Shown: positions 10,262 through 20,472 of the stretch, piece by piece | How the letters are laid out: every line of letters starts with the position of its first letter | How positions within the stretch are numbered: the first letter of the stretch is position 1 | Assembly: GCA_964520505.1 (NCBI GenBank) | Contig: CAZFQP010000001.1 | Coordinates: 45,113-109,112 of the forward strand | Origin: an uncultured Candidatus Saccharibacteria bacterium | GTDB taxonomy: Bacteria > Patescibacteriota > Doudnabacteria > UBA920 | Length of the DNA stretch: 64,000 nucleotides | Direction: 5' to 3' | Notes under the pieces: generated by a model | Told to the model about the DNA's origin: nothing | The model's database searches: none | The model's input: the letters and a program-made list of their open reading frames with translations, nothing else | Position numbers and translations under genes: made by a program

Positions 10262-12940
10262 ATGAACTGGTACCAATACACCAAAACACAACTGGAGCAG
10301 GAATTTAAAGTCAATTTGCAAACCGGTTTGGCGCGCGGTGAGGCTGCGGCCAGAAATAAAGAACACGGGTTTAACCTATTGCCGGAAAAAGCGCCAGAAA
10401 GCTGGATGGTTATTTTTTTGCGCCAATTTAAAAGCCCATTAATTTATTTGTTGTTAGTTTGTGCTGTAATTATTTATTATTTACGCGAGAGTACCGACGC
10501 TTATATTATTTTAGCAGTACTGCTAGTTAATGCTATAATTGGAGCTTTTCAGGAAGGTCGTGCCGGGCAAATGCTACGTAGTCTTAAAAATTTGGCCGCT
10601 GTTGACGCTACAGTATTACGTGGCGGACAAGAAGTAATGGTTCCGGAAAGCGAAGTGACGATCGGGGATGTTTTGGTGTTAAAAGAAGGTCAACGTGTAG
10701 CGGCTGACGCCCGTTTGGTGTTTGCTCGGAATTTAAGTTTAGACGAGTCTATGCTCACCGGAGAATCGGCGCCGGTTCATAAGCAAGACGGAAATCTGGT
10801 TGAAAATGAGGTTCCTTTGTCCGGACAGCATAATATGGTTTTTAAAGGTACCGCTGTTTTAGGCGGTGATGGCCAGGCGATTATTGTTGCTATTGGCAAA
10901 AAAACCGAAGTGGGAAAAATCAGCGAATCATTAATGATGCCAGAAGCTGAGATGCCACTGCAAAAAAATATTAAAAAACTTTCCAAGTTTATTATTTATT
11001 TTGTGGCGGGCGTATCCGTGGCTTTATTTATTTTAGGGATTAATTCCGGCTACACCGCCAAAGAAATGTTCGCATTAATTGTGTCTTTGGGTGTGTCGGT
11101 TATTCCGGAAGGTTTACCCTTGGTACTAACTTTAATTTTGGCTCACGGTGTGTGGCGGATGAGTAAAAAGAACGCGTTGGTAAAAAAAATGCAGGCTGTG
11201 GAAGCTCTGGGTCAGGCGGATATAATTGCTGTAGACAAAACCGGAACCCTGACGCGTAATGAGATGGTGATAAAAAGTTTATATACCGGTAAAAAAGTTT
11301 ATACAGTTACCGGAAACGGATATCAACCCAAAGGTCAGGTATTTTTAGCGCAGCGTCTGGCGGACAGTGACCCGGATATACTTTTGGCCGGGAACGTTGC
11401 CGCCCTGGCCGGTAAAGCCTCGTTAAGTTTCTTACAGGATGAGGGAATTTATAAGGTTTCCGGAGATCCGACCGAGGCGGCTATGCTAGTTTTAGGGGAA
11501 AAGTTAGGGATTAATCGAGAGACAGAAATTAAAAAATATCGGGAGGTGGCGGAAATTCCTTTTGAATATAAAAATAAATACCGCGCGGTATTTTATGAGC
11601 ACGAAGATAAAATTTTCTGTGCAGTCGCCGGCGCCCCGGAAGTAGTGTTGAAACACTGCAGGCACTTTACGGACAACGGGCAGGTTAGAGAGAAAAAAAT
11701 GGCTGATCAAAAGCTTTTTGAAGAGGCGGTGGAAGAGTTTGCCCAAAAAGGTTTGCGCGTGGTGGCTTATGCCTATAAAAATGTGATTAAAACTCATCCT
11801 TTAGATAATGTTGAGGATTTAATTTTTGGCGGTTTTTGGGCTATAGAAGATGCGTTACGTGCCGAAGCCGCACATTCCGTTAAATTTGCGGAAGAAGCCG
11901 GGGTAAAAGTGGTAATGATAACCGGGGATCTAAAAAATACCGCCAGGGCGATTGCCCGAGAAGCCGGAGTTTATAAAGAGGGTGATTTAATTTTAACCGG
12001 CAGTGAGCTGGCTGCTTTAAGCGCCAAAGAATTAGCGGTAAAACTGCCTTTGGTTTCGGTTTTTGCCCGAGTTACTCCGGAAGATAAAATGAATATAATC
12101 CACGCATATCAGACCTTGGGAAAAACTGTGGCAATGACTGGTGATGGAGTGAATGACGCGCCTTCCTTAATGGCAGCCGATTTAGGTGTGGCCATGGGAA
12201 AGATAGGGACCGAGGTCGCCAAGGAAGCCGCGGATATTGTTTTACTTGATGACAATTTAAGTAGTATTGTCACAGCAATAAAAGAGGGGCGGGTTATGTA
12301 CGCCAACATAAAAAAAGCTCTGCAGTTTTTATTTTCTACTTCTTTGGGAGAGTTGTTGACTGTGGTTTTTAGTTTATTTTTGCGTTTACCGGTGCCGGTG
12401 ACGGCGGTACAAATTTTATGGCTGAATTTAATTACCGACCCTCTTTCAGGAGCCGCTCTAGCTTTGGAAAAAGAAGAAGGGGATATTTTACACCGGCGTA
12501 AGCAAAAAGGCCTGGCCAAATTTTTTATTGACGGACAGATGATAGTTCACATTTTACTTATTGGCATTACTATGGCAGCTGGCGCGCTATATATTTATGG
12601 AGTATATTACCCGGCCAGTCCCGTAAAAGCCGGAACAATGGCTTTAACTTTGCTGGCAGTGTTTCAATGGTATAATTCGTTAAATTGCCGTTTTTCCTAC
12701 AGCAGTATTTTAAATCGGAGAATTTTTGGTAATATTTATGTCTGGCTCGCGTTTGGGTTAAATTTGGTTATCCAATTTATTGCGGTTAGTACTCCGTGGT
12801 TTAATAAAATATTGCGTACTACACCTTTGGCTGTCGGAGAGTGGGTCACAGTATTTGTGCTGGCTTTTTCGGTGATCGTGGTAGACGAACTGCGCAAGTG
12901 GGTATGGCGCAGGCGACAGAAAAATGGCGCTCTGGTTTAG
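10262..12940 (+). CDS. Cation-transporting P-type ATPase (P2-type, Ca2+/Mg2+-ATPase-like)
   Basis: DKTGTLT phosphorylation motif (AVDKTGTLT), TGDGVNDAPSL hinge motif, 10 TM, 892 aa. Confidence 0.85.
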   Translation: MNWYQYTKTQLEQEFKVNLQTGLARGEAAARNKEHGFNLLPEKAPESWMVIFLRQFKSPLIYLLLVCAVIIYYLRESTDAYIILAVLLVNAIIGAFQEGRAGQMLRSLKNLAAVDATVLRGGQEVMVPESEVTIGDVLVLKEGQRVAADARLVFARNLSLDESMLTGESAPVHKQDGNLVENEVPLSGQHNMVFKGTAVLGGDGQAIIVAIGKKTEVGKISESLMMPEAEMPLQKNIKKLSKFIIYFVAGVSVALFILGINSGYTAKEMFALIVSLGVSVIPEGLPLVLTLILAHGVWRMSKKNALVKKMQAVEALGQADIIAVDKTGTLTRNEMVIKSLYTGKKVYTVTGNGYQPKGQVFLAQRLADSDPDILLAGNVAALAGKASLSFLQDEGIYKVSGDPTEAAMLVLGEKLGINRETEIKKYREVAEIPFEYKNKYRAVFYEHEDKIFCAVAGAPEVVLKHCRHFTDNGQVREKKMADQKLFEEAVEEFAQKGLRVVAYAYKNVIKTHPLDNVEDLIFGGFWAIEDALRAEAAHSVKFAEEAGVKVVMITGDLKNTARAIAREAGVYKEGDLILTGSELAALSAKELAVKLPLVSVFARVTPEDKMNIIHAYQTLGKTVAMTGDGVNDAPSLMAADLGVAMGKIGTEVAKEAADIVLLDDNLSSIVTAIKEGRVMYANIKKALQFLFSTSLGELLTVVFSLFLRLPVPVTAVQILWLNLITDPLSGAALALEKEEGDILHRRKQKGLAKFFIDGQMIVHILLIGITMAAGALYIYGVYYPASPVKAGTMALTLLAVFQWYNSLNCRFSYSSILNRRIFGNIYVWLAFGLNLVIQFIAVSTPWFNKILRTTPLAVGEWVTVFVLAFSVIVVDELRKWVWRRRQKNGALV

Positions 12941-12973
12941 CACCCATTCGTGTGTTAATATGAAGTCAAATAT

Positions 12974-14455
12974 ATGAATAAACAGCTTAAAATAAACGCG
13001 CATGCCCGCGTCAACGAAAAGCATATTCCGCCTACGGTTTTAACGATTTTTGGCGCGACCGGGGACTTGTCTTCCGACTATTTATTGCCGGCTTTATTGC
13101 ATATGGAGGAGCACCATTTGTTACCGGATAGTTTTAAACTGGTCTGTGCCGGACGTCGGGATTTTACAGCTAAAACTTATTTGGATTTTATTATAAAAAA
13201 ATCTTCCACCCTTTCTGCCGTGCCGCAAAAAGTTAAACAAACATTTTTAAAACGTTTGTTATATTATCAAGGCGATTTTGACCGACCGGAATCTTTTGCC
13301 GCCTTAGCAGAAATTTTATCTGACCAGGAAAGCAAGCAAAAACACTTGTGTTATAATCGTCTGTATTATTTTGCTACTAGCCCTCAATATTTTTCCGGCA
13401 TAGCCCACATTTTAAAAAATTCAGGATTGTTAATGTCTTGTCAGAGTCACCAGCGAAAAGTACGAGTGTTAGTGGAAAAACCATTTGGTTTTAATTACAA
13501 ATCTGCCAATGCTTTAAACAAACTGTTGTTAAAGTTTTTTGAGGAAGATCAGATTTATCGCATCGACCATTATTTAGGCAAGGAAACCGTACAAAATTTA
13601 ATGGTTGTGCGTTTTGCTAATGGTCTGTTTGAACCACTATGGAATAAAGATCATATTGATCATGTGGAAATTAGCGTGCTGGAAACAGACGATGCAGCCA
13701 GAAGAGTTGCTTATTATGACCAAACAGGAGCAATTAAAGATTTTGTGCAAAATCATATTTTGCAAATGTTGTCCTTGCTTACAATGGACGAACCATACCA
13801 GCTGGACACACAAAATATTCGCGATCAAAAATTAAAAATTCTTCGTGCCTTGCGAGCCTTTACGTCAAACGATATAAAAACTAATTTAGTCAAAGGGCAG
13901 TATGTCGGATATGTTAAAGATTTAAAAGAACAAAGCGTTACGGAAACTTTTGCCGCGCTTAAAGTATTTATAAATACGCCTCGCTGGCAAGGGGTGCCGT
14001 TTTATTTGCGCACAGGCAAGGCTTTGCATACCAAAGTGGCTGAAGTCTCAGTTCATTTTAAGGAGCCGGCGCGCTGTATTTTTCGCAACTGTACGGCCAA
14101 TGTGTTAACTTTTCGCATTCAGCCGGACGAATCCGTCCATTTGCAGTTAAATAATAAAATTCCTGGTTTTGGAATAGATCTTCACCAGGGTGATTATGAG
14201 TTTGGTTATAAGCGTGCCTTTACAACAGAAATTCCCGGAGCTTACGAACGGCTATTGCTTGATTTTATAGAAGGTGACCAGCGTTTGTTTATCCGTAGCG
14301 ATGAAATCGAAGCTTCCTGGAAATTTATAGACAGCATTACTGAAAATCCGGAATTTAAAAAAGCGCCAATTGGGAAATATAAAAAAGGCTCCAATGGTCC
14401 AACAGCAGCCGATGAGTTCATAAAAAAAGATTTAAGGGAGTGGTGGACAAGATAA
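12974..14455 (+). CDS. zwf: Glucose-6-phosphate 1-dehydrogenase
   Basis: IFGATGDLSSDYLLPAL NADP-binding N-terminus and the RIDHYLGKE active-site signature. Confidence 0.9.
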   Translation: MNKQLKINAHARVNEKHIPPTVLTIFGATGDLSSDYLLPALLHMEEHHLLPDSFKLVCAGRRDFTAKTYLDFIIKKSSTLSAVPQKVKQTFLKRLLYYQGDFDRPESFAALAEILSDQESKQKHLCYNRLYYFATSPQYFSGIAHILKNSGLLMSCQSHQRKVRVLVEKPFGFNYKSANALNKLLLKFFEEDQIYRIDHYLGKETVQNLMVVRFANGLFEPLWNKDHIDHVEISVLETDDAARRVAYYDQTGAIKDFVQNHILQMLSLLTMDEPYQLDTQNIRDQKLKILRALRAFTSNDIKTNLVKGQYVGYVKDLKEQSVTETFAALKVFINTPRWQGVPFYLRTGKALHTKVAEVSVHFKEPARCIFRNCTANVLTFRIQPDESVHLQLNNKIPGFGIDLHQGDYEFGYKRAFTTEIPGAYERLLLDFIEGDQRLFIRSDEIEASWKFIDSITENPEFKKAPIGKYKKGSNGPTAADEFIKKDLREWWTR

Positions 14456-14578
14456 TTGAACAAAATTGACCAGAATTAAATAAAATTGCACAAAATTAAA
14501 CCTACGCAACTTAATTTTTGGTCAATTCTGGACAATCTTGTGCAATTTTGGTCAATTATATTATTTATTTTTTAAATT

Positions 14579-15370
14579 ATGGTCAATAAAAATACTTCCT
14601 GGGGTAAAGTGGCCGGATGGTATAACCAATTGTTGGAAGAAGGGGAAGATACCTATCAGGAAAAAGTTATTAAACCCAATTTGTTAAGATTGCTTGAACT
14701 TAAGCCGGGTGAAAGCATAATTGATATTGGCTGCGGCCAGGGTTATTTTTCACGCGAGCTGGCCAAGGCCGGAGCTAAGGTTTTGGGTGTGGATATTGCT
14801 GCTGAACTTATTGACTTGGCAAAAACACAATCCGGCAAAAATGAAAATTATTTGGTTTTATCAGCGGAAAAATTAAGCGGCATTAAAGACGAAAGTTTTG
14901 ATGCCGGAATTTGCGTGCTGGCCTTACAGAATATAAAAGATTTATCCGCGGCTGTATCCGAGATGGCACGAGTGATTAAGCCCGGCGGACGCGCGGTATT
15001 GGTGTTAAATCATCCGACGTTTCGAGTGCCTAGCGCCTCGGCTTGGGATTTTGATGAGAAAAAAAGTATTCAGTATCGCCGAATAGAGGGCTATATGTCG
15101 GAAATTTCCCAAAAGGTAGATATGACCCAAGGGGTAAAAGACCCGGCTAAAAAGAAATTCACTTACTCTTTCCATCATCCACTACAAGTTTATTTTAAAG
15201 CATTTTATAAATCAGGATTGGTCGTGAGCCGTTTGGAAGAATGGATTTCCCATAAAACCAGCGACAAAGGCACCAGAAAACCGGCAGAAGACAAAGCCCG
15301 CAAAGAAATTCCGCTGTTTATGGCAATAGAAGTCAAAAAGACCGCGGATACGCGGATTAAAACAAGATAA
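14579..15370 (+). CDS. Class I SAM-dependent methyltransferase
   Basis: Motif I IIDIGCGQGYFS and post-I acidic residue (VLGVD). Confidence 0.7.
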   Translation: MVNKNTSWGKVAGWYNQLLEEGEDTYQEKVIKPNLLRLLELKPGESIIDIGCGQGYFSRELAKAGAKVLGVDIAAELIDLAKTQSGKNENYLVLSAEKLSGIKDESFDAGICVLALQNIKDLSAAVSEMARVIKPGGRAVLVLNHPTFRVPSASAWDFDEKKSIQYRRIEGYMSEISQKVDMTQGVKDPAKKKFTYSFHHPLQVYFKAFYKSGLVVSRLEEWISHKTSDKGTRKPAEDKARKEIPLFMAIEVKKTADTRIKTR

Positions 15371-15382
15371 CGCGGATTTTAT

Positions 15383-15784
15383 ATGCAACTTCTTTATCAG
15401 GAACAGACCGGGCTGATAATTAGGGCGTTATATAATGTTTACAACAGGCTTGGTTACGGTTATCGGGAAAAAGAATATCAGAAAGGTTTGGTGGGCGAGC
15501 TGGAAAAACTGGGTTTGGATTTTGACCGAGAATTGTATTGTAATTTAAAGTATGACGATAAAATTATTTTCAAATTTTTTATAGATTTTTTAATTAAATT
15601 TGCCAACGATAAAATTCGGATAGTTGTGGAGTTAAAAGTGGCCGAAGAATTTCATAAAAAATATTTTGATCAAGTAATGACTTATTTAAAAACTAACGGT
15701 TTGGAATTAGGATTACTGGCTATTTTTACCAGAAAAAATGTTTTAATAAAACGAATAATTAATCAAGAAATAAAATCCGCGTAA
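15383..15784 (+). CDS. GxxExxY family protein (PD-(D/E)xK-like)
   Basis: GYGYREKEYQKGL matches the GxxExxY family signature. Confidence 0.6.
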   Translation: MQLLYQEQTGLIIRALYNVYNRLGYGYREKEYQKGLVGELEKLGLDFDRELYCNLKYDDKIIFKFFIDFLIKFANDKIRIVVELKVAEEFHKKYFDQVMTYLKTNGLELGLLAIFTRKNVLIKRIINQEIKSA

Positions 15785-15820
15785 TCCGCGTTTATCAGCG
15801 CATCCGCGGTCTATATATTT

Positions 15821-16726
15821 ATGCAAATTACGATTTTTGGTTTAGGAAAAATGGGTATGCAAATTGCCAAAAGATTATCGACAAACGGCTTTGAAGTGCT
15901 TGCTTGGAATCGTTCTTCCGAGCCACGGGAAGAAGCGGCTAAGGCCGGCATTAAAACTTTTGCCGAAGTTCAGGAAGCGGTTAATGCCAATACCAGCCAA
16001 CCTAGAATATTTTGGTTAATGCTTTTTGATAAAATTACCGGTGAGTTTTTGGAAACCCAATTATTGCCACATTTAAAACCCGGAGATATTGTCATAGACG
16101 GTGGTAACAGTTTTTATAAAGAGTCTATCAAACGCTCTGAAATGCTCAGCACCAAGGGTATAGTATTTTATGATTGCGGCACGAGTGGGGGAGTTTGGGG
16201 AGAAAAAAACGGATTTGCGCTTATGGTCGGCGGGCCAAAAGAGCAGTGGCCTCAAGTGGAGCCAATATTTAAAGTTTTATCATCAGGCGAAAATTACGGA
16301 CTGGTTGGCAAGAGCGGTGCCGGACATTTTGTAAAAATGGTACACAACGGAATTGAATACGGCATGATGGAAGCCATCGGTGAAGGATATGGGGTTATGA
16401 AGGCTGCGCCGCTAGATTTGGACTTGCTGCAGGTTACCAAAATTTATCAGCAGGGCAGCGTGGTCCGCAGTTGGCTTATAGATTTAACCAGGAATATTTT
16501 TGAAAATGAAGATATAGAAGGAACCAAGGGAGAAATAAATATGCTGGGCGAGGGTGAGTGGACAGTAGAGGCCGGCAAAGAGCTGGGGATTGACGTGAGA
16601 GTATTGGAAGACGCGGTTGATGTGCGCAAGGAGTCCAAAGATCCAAAAAATCAAAATAAATTTTCCAACAAAATTGTCGCTCTCTTACGCAAACAATTCG
16701 GCGGCCACGGAATTATAAAAAAATAA
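15821..16726 (+). CDS. gnd: 6-phosphogluconate dehydrogenase, short (YqeC-like) form
   Basis: N-terminal Rossmann ITIFGLGKMGMQIAKRL, about 300 aa, located in the zwf neighbourhood. Confidence 0.75.
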   Translation: MQITIFGLGKMGMQIAKRLSTNGFEVLAWNRSSEPREEAAKAGIKTFAEVQEAVNANTSQPRIFWLMLFDKITGEFLETQLLPHLKPGDIVIDGGNSFYKESIKRSEMLSTKGIVFYDCGTSGGVWGEKNGFALMVGGPKEQWPQVEPIFKVLSSGENYGLVGKSGAGHFVKMVHNGIEYGMMEAIGEGYGVMKAAPLDLDLLQVTKIYQQGSVVRSWLIDLTRNIFENEDIEGTKGEINMLGEGEWTVEAGKELGIDVRVLEDAVDVRKESKDPKNQNKFSNKIVALLRKQFGGHGIIKK

Positions 16727-16793
16727 TATTCTTATATTCTGCAGAATACCAGAATATATTTAATAAAAAGTAATATAATTAAAATTAAAAAAT

Positions 16794-18566
16794 ATGTTAA
16801 CTTTTCTTGGTTTCGTTATTCTAATATTTTGGATAGCGAGTCTGAGTAATAGGCTGTCGATTTTGGAAAAAGGCAAACAGAAGCAGGCCTCGACTTCTGA
16901 ACCACAGTCGGCGAATAATTTTGCCGGTTCAGTATCGGTTCCATCTGCGTCCGTTAATATTCCTGTGGCGTCTCCTCAGGGAATCAAAACAGCGAATAAC
17001 GAAACAGCCACGGCCGCCGACTGGCTCACCAAAGTCGGGGTTTTGGCATTAATATTTGGAATCGGATTTTTCATTAAATTTGCCATTGATCAGGGTTGGA
17101 TTAGCCAGTGGTTGCGGGTAGTTTTAGGATTTGCCGTTGGCGGTCTGTTGTGTGGTTTGGGAACATTATGGAAAGAAAAATTTCCAAAGTATGCCGGGGC
17201 TTTAACTGGCGGCGGTATTGCCGTAATGTATTTTAGCGCTTACGCGGCCAATGCTTTTTATTCCTTGGTTCCGGAAGCTGTTTCAATGGTTTTTTTGGTT
17301 GCAATTTCAGGTTTGGGTGTATACTTCGCTTATTCCAGGAAATCCGTCGGTTTGGCAGGGCTTGCGGCATTAGGGGGATATTTGGCTCCGGTTTTGTTGT
17401 ATGGCCATTCGGATCAGCACATTATATTGTTCAGTTATTTGAGCTTTTTGGCCTTGGCCGCGGTTGTCATTAGTTTTTACATTTATTCCAGTGAACTTTT
17501 ATTTTTAAGTTTTCTTGGTACGGTTTTTGATTTTTTGGCCTGGAGCGTTTGGTTTTCCAGCGGTTCCAATACCTGGCCCGCGGTAATATTTGCTACAGTA
17601 ATTTTCCTTTTGTTTATTTTGGGCGGAGCCTCGGCATTCCGCGCCGCTAAACATAACAATTCACTTCCTCAGGAAGCAGGTAAATATTTTGCTTTATTAG
17701 CCGTATTTTTAGGAATTTTTTACAGCAGTGCTTTAACATTTTTTCTGTACAAAAATTACCACGATTATTTAGCCATTATGGGGTTGCTTGGCAGTGTTGG
17801 CGCATTTCTTTCTTTTGCCATCGTTGATAGGTTGGAATTTAAAGGATTAAATTACTGTTTGTCATTTGTTGGTACCGGCCTTTTGGCGCTCTCTTGTATT
17901 TGGCAGTTTACGGGAAAAACTACAGATTTTATGCTAATAGCTTTTGGCGTTGCTTTGGTTTTAGCCGGCGTGTTCTTAAAACGGGCTGAATTACGAGTTT
18001 GGGGCTTAATGACTTTAGTGGCGATGGTTTTTGCCGTATTGTTTACTCCTTACGAAAATAGTAGCTATGTATTTATTTTAAATTCCAAGTTTGGTTTGGT
18101 GTTGGCGGAAGTTGCCGCTTTGTGGTTTACCGGTTGGCTTTTTGGTAATGTGGAGATTACGGACCAGGAATCCCAAGGAGCCGAAGTCGCTCACGTAGTT
18201 GGCAGTTTGCTGTTGTGGTTCGGTTTTTCCTGGGAACTTATCCAGTATTATGGAAATATCCAAGCTTCGGAAAATATAAAAAATTTAACTTTATCTATGT
18301 GGTGGATCGGTTACGCAACTGTCTTGTTGGTGTTTGGAGCAGCGGCGAAGTCCGGCGTTTACAGAAAAATTGCATTTGCGCTTTATGTTTTGGCGATTAT
18401 TAAAGTTTTCCTTTATGATGCCCTTAACTTAGAAACAGCATATAGAATAATCTCTTTTATTGTTTTGGGAGTAATCTTACTCATTGTATCGTTTTCATAC
18501 CAAAAAAATAAGCAAAAGATTACTGCCTTTTTGGAAGGCGAACAAGAGGGTAAAATTATTTCATGA
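16794..18566 (+). CDS. Polytopic membrane protein (DUF2339-like)
   Basis: 590 aa with many TM segments; N-terminal short TM plus Ser/Ala-rich linker typical of DUF2339. Confidence 0.5.
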   Translation: MLTFLGFVILIFWIASLSNRLSILEKGKQKQASTSEPQSANNFAGSVSVPSASVNIPVASPQGIKTANNETATAADWLTKVGVLALIFGIGFFIKFAIDQGWISQWLRVVLGFAVGGLLCGLGTLWKEKFPKYAGALTGGGIAVMYFSAYAANAFYSLVPEAVSMVFLVAISGLGVYFAYSRKSVGLAGLAALGGYLAPVLLYGHSDQHIILFSYLSFLALAAVVISFYIYSSELLFLSFLGTVFDFLAWSVWFSSGSNTWPAVIFATVIFLLFILGGASAFRAAKHNNSLPQEAGKYFALLAVFLGIFYSSALTFFLYKNYHDYLAIMGLLGSVGAFLSFAIVDRLEFKGLNYCLSFVGTGLLALSCIWQFTGKTTDFMLIAFGVALVLAGVFLKRAELRVWGLMTLVAMVFAVLFTPYENSSYVFILNSKFGLVLAEVAALWFTGWLFGNVEITDQESQGAEVAHVVGSLLLWFGFSWELIQYYGNIQASENIKNLTLSMWWIGYATVLLVFGAAAKSGVYRKIAFALYVLAIIKVFLYDALNLETAYRIISFIVLGVILLIVSFSYQKNKQKITAFLEGEQEGKIIS

Positions 18567-19252
18567 AGAACAGGCAAAAAGAAAAATATGTTTATACAGT
18601 GTCGGAGCAAAAGCTATTTAGAAGGCTTGACTCTCCTTCAAAAATTCAGGATTTTTTGAATTCGTTAAAATTCAACTTTGAAAAAACAGGAGAGACTTGT
18701 TATTCTCCCAGGCAGGTCATAAAGCATAAAACCGTGCATTGTATGGAAGGCGCGTTGTTTGCGGCGGCGGCCTTGGAATTTCATGGGGCAAGGCCGCTTG
18801 TTGTTGATCTTCGCTCTATAAAGCCAGGCGACGACGACCATGTAGTCGCCATTTTTAAAAAATTTGGTTGTTTTGGCGCGATTTCCAAAACCAATCACAG
18901 TGTATTGCGTTACCGAGAGCCGGTTTATAAAACACTGCGGGAATTGGTTATGTCCTACTTCCATGAATATTTTTTAAACACCGGACAAAAGACTTTAAGG
19001 GAATATTCCGAAATTTTTGATTTAAAATTTTTTGACGAGCAGCCCCTCACCCTTAATCCCTCTCCCGCGAGGGGAGAGGGAGGGCAGAAAATAGATTGGC
19101 GAACATCCGAAGATAATTTGTTTGCAATTCCGCAAAAGCTAGATAAAGTTAAACATTATAAGATATTAAATAATCAACAAGTAAAAAATCTTCGCCCGGC
19201 CGAAAGAATAGAAATTCAAGCGGGGAAGATTATAGAATATAAAAAGAAATAG
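18563..19252 (+). CDS. Hypothetical protein with possible papain/transglutaminase-like Cys-His-Asp arrangement; carries an in-frame G-rich palindromic insert near the C-terminus
   Basis: Candidate catalytic residues in TVHCMEGALF and DDDHVVAIF. Insert encodes PLTLNPSPARGEGGQ. Confidence 0.3.
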   Translation: MKNRQKEKYVYTVSEQKLFRRLDSPSKIQDFLNSLKFNFEKTGETCYSPRQVIKHKTVHCMEGALFAAAALEFHGARPLVVDLRSIKPGDDDHVVAIFKKFGCFGAISKTNHSVLRYREPVYKTLRELVMSYFHEYFLNTGQKTLREYSEIFDLKFFDEQPLTLNPSPARGEGGQKIDWRTSEDNLFAIPQKLDKVKHYKILNNQQVKNLRPAERIEIQAGKIIEYKKK

Positions 19253-19285
19253 AGCGTCGACCCGTTGGGGTAGGCGCTCTATTAG

Positions 19286-20419
19286 CTATGGGGTTTTAGC
19301 CATGATTTTTTTATAGTATTCCAAATATTGTGGAACCACTATTTTGGAACAGAATTTTTCACAAGCTATTTTTTTTGCCTGGTCTCCCATTTGCTTTCTT
19401 AAATTTTCGTCAGCCACGAGCAGCTTAACTTTATTTGCCAACCCGGAAATGTCGCCCAGTTTCAGCAAATACCCGCTTTTCCCTTCTTCCACCACTTCCG
19501 GTATTCCTCCAACATTCGTGCTAACAATCGGATTGCCATAGCTCATGGTTTCTAAAATGCCCATACCAAAACTTTCGGTCTCTGAAGTGTAAAGACCTAA
19601 ATCCGCGGCGTTTAAATAGTTTTCAATATCCTTAACATTTTCTTTAATAACAAGTTGTTTGCCGACCCCGAGTTTTTTGACCAGTGGCTGAAAAGGCTTA
19701 AAATTGCCCCCGCTTAAAATTAGCAGCTTAAAGTTTTTTTGCGCTTTCATTTTGGCTGCAACTTTGAGCAGGTCGGGGATTCTTTTCACCGGGCGAACGT
19801 TGGAAAGATGAATAGCGACAATATCGCTATCCTTTATCCTTAATCCTTTACGGATGGTGGCGCGGGTTTTTTGCGGCGCCGGCGGGCTGTAAAAATTATA
19901 AATAACTTCAATATCTTTTTCTGTATTTAAAAATTTTACGGTATCATTTTTCAAGTTTTGCGACACCGCGGTTACGCCGTCGCTGCGTTCCACAGAGTAT
20001 TTTATTATTTCATAGAGTGCCGGGTCTTTGGCCAGCAGGGTAATATCGGTCCCGTGCAAAGTGGTAATTATTTTAGGCGCTTGAATTCCGTTTTGCCGCA
20101 TTATTCTTTTGGCCAGCAGCGCAGCTGTGGCGTGCGGCACGGCATAATGCACATGCACTACGTCTAGCCCGTAGCGTTTTTGCACTTCTTCAATTGCCAC
20201 AGCCAGCGGCAGGGTATAGTCCGGATATTTAAACAGACTGTATTCGTTAATTTGAACTTTGTGAAAGAAAATATTTTTATGTTTTTTCTCCAAACGAAAA
20301 GGCGATTCATAGGAAATAAAATGAACCTGGTGACCCGTTTGCGAAAGTTCCAAGCCTAAGTTAGTAGCCACAATGCCACTGCCACCAACGGACGGATAAC
20401 AGACAATTCCAATTTTCAT
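19286..20419 (-). CDS. bshA: GT4 glycosyltransferase, BshA/MshA-like (N-acetyl-alpha-D-glucosaminyl L-malate synthase-like)
   Basis: N-terminus MKIGIVCYPSVGGSGIVATNLG..GHQVHFIS and the ...HYAVPHA... segment closely resemble BshA; C-terminal GT4 EX7E region present. Confidence 0.6.
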   Translation of the reverse strand: MKIGIVCYPSVGGSGIVATNLGLELSQTGHQVHFISYESPFRLEKKHKNIFFHKVQINEYSLFKYPDYTLPLAVAIEEVQKRYGLDVVHVHYAVPHATAALLAKRIMRQNGIQAPKIITTLHGTDITLLAKDPALYEIIKYSVERSDGVTAVSQNLKNDTVKFLNTEKDIEVIYNFYSPPAPQKTRATIRKGLRIKDSDIVAIHLSNVRPVKRIPDLLKVAAKMKAQKNFKLLILSGGNFKPFQPLVKKLGVGKQLVIKENVKDIENYLNAADLGLYTSETESFGMGILETMSYGNPIVSTNVGGIPEVVEEGKSGYLLKLGDISGLANKVKLLVADENLRKQMGDQAKKIACEKFCSKIVVPQYLEYYKKIMAKTP

Positions 20420-20472
20420 ATATGATACCGATCTACGGATTAATACTAATGATACGGATAAAACGGATTGAT

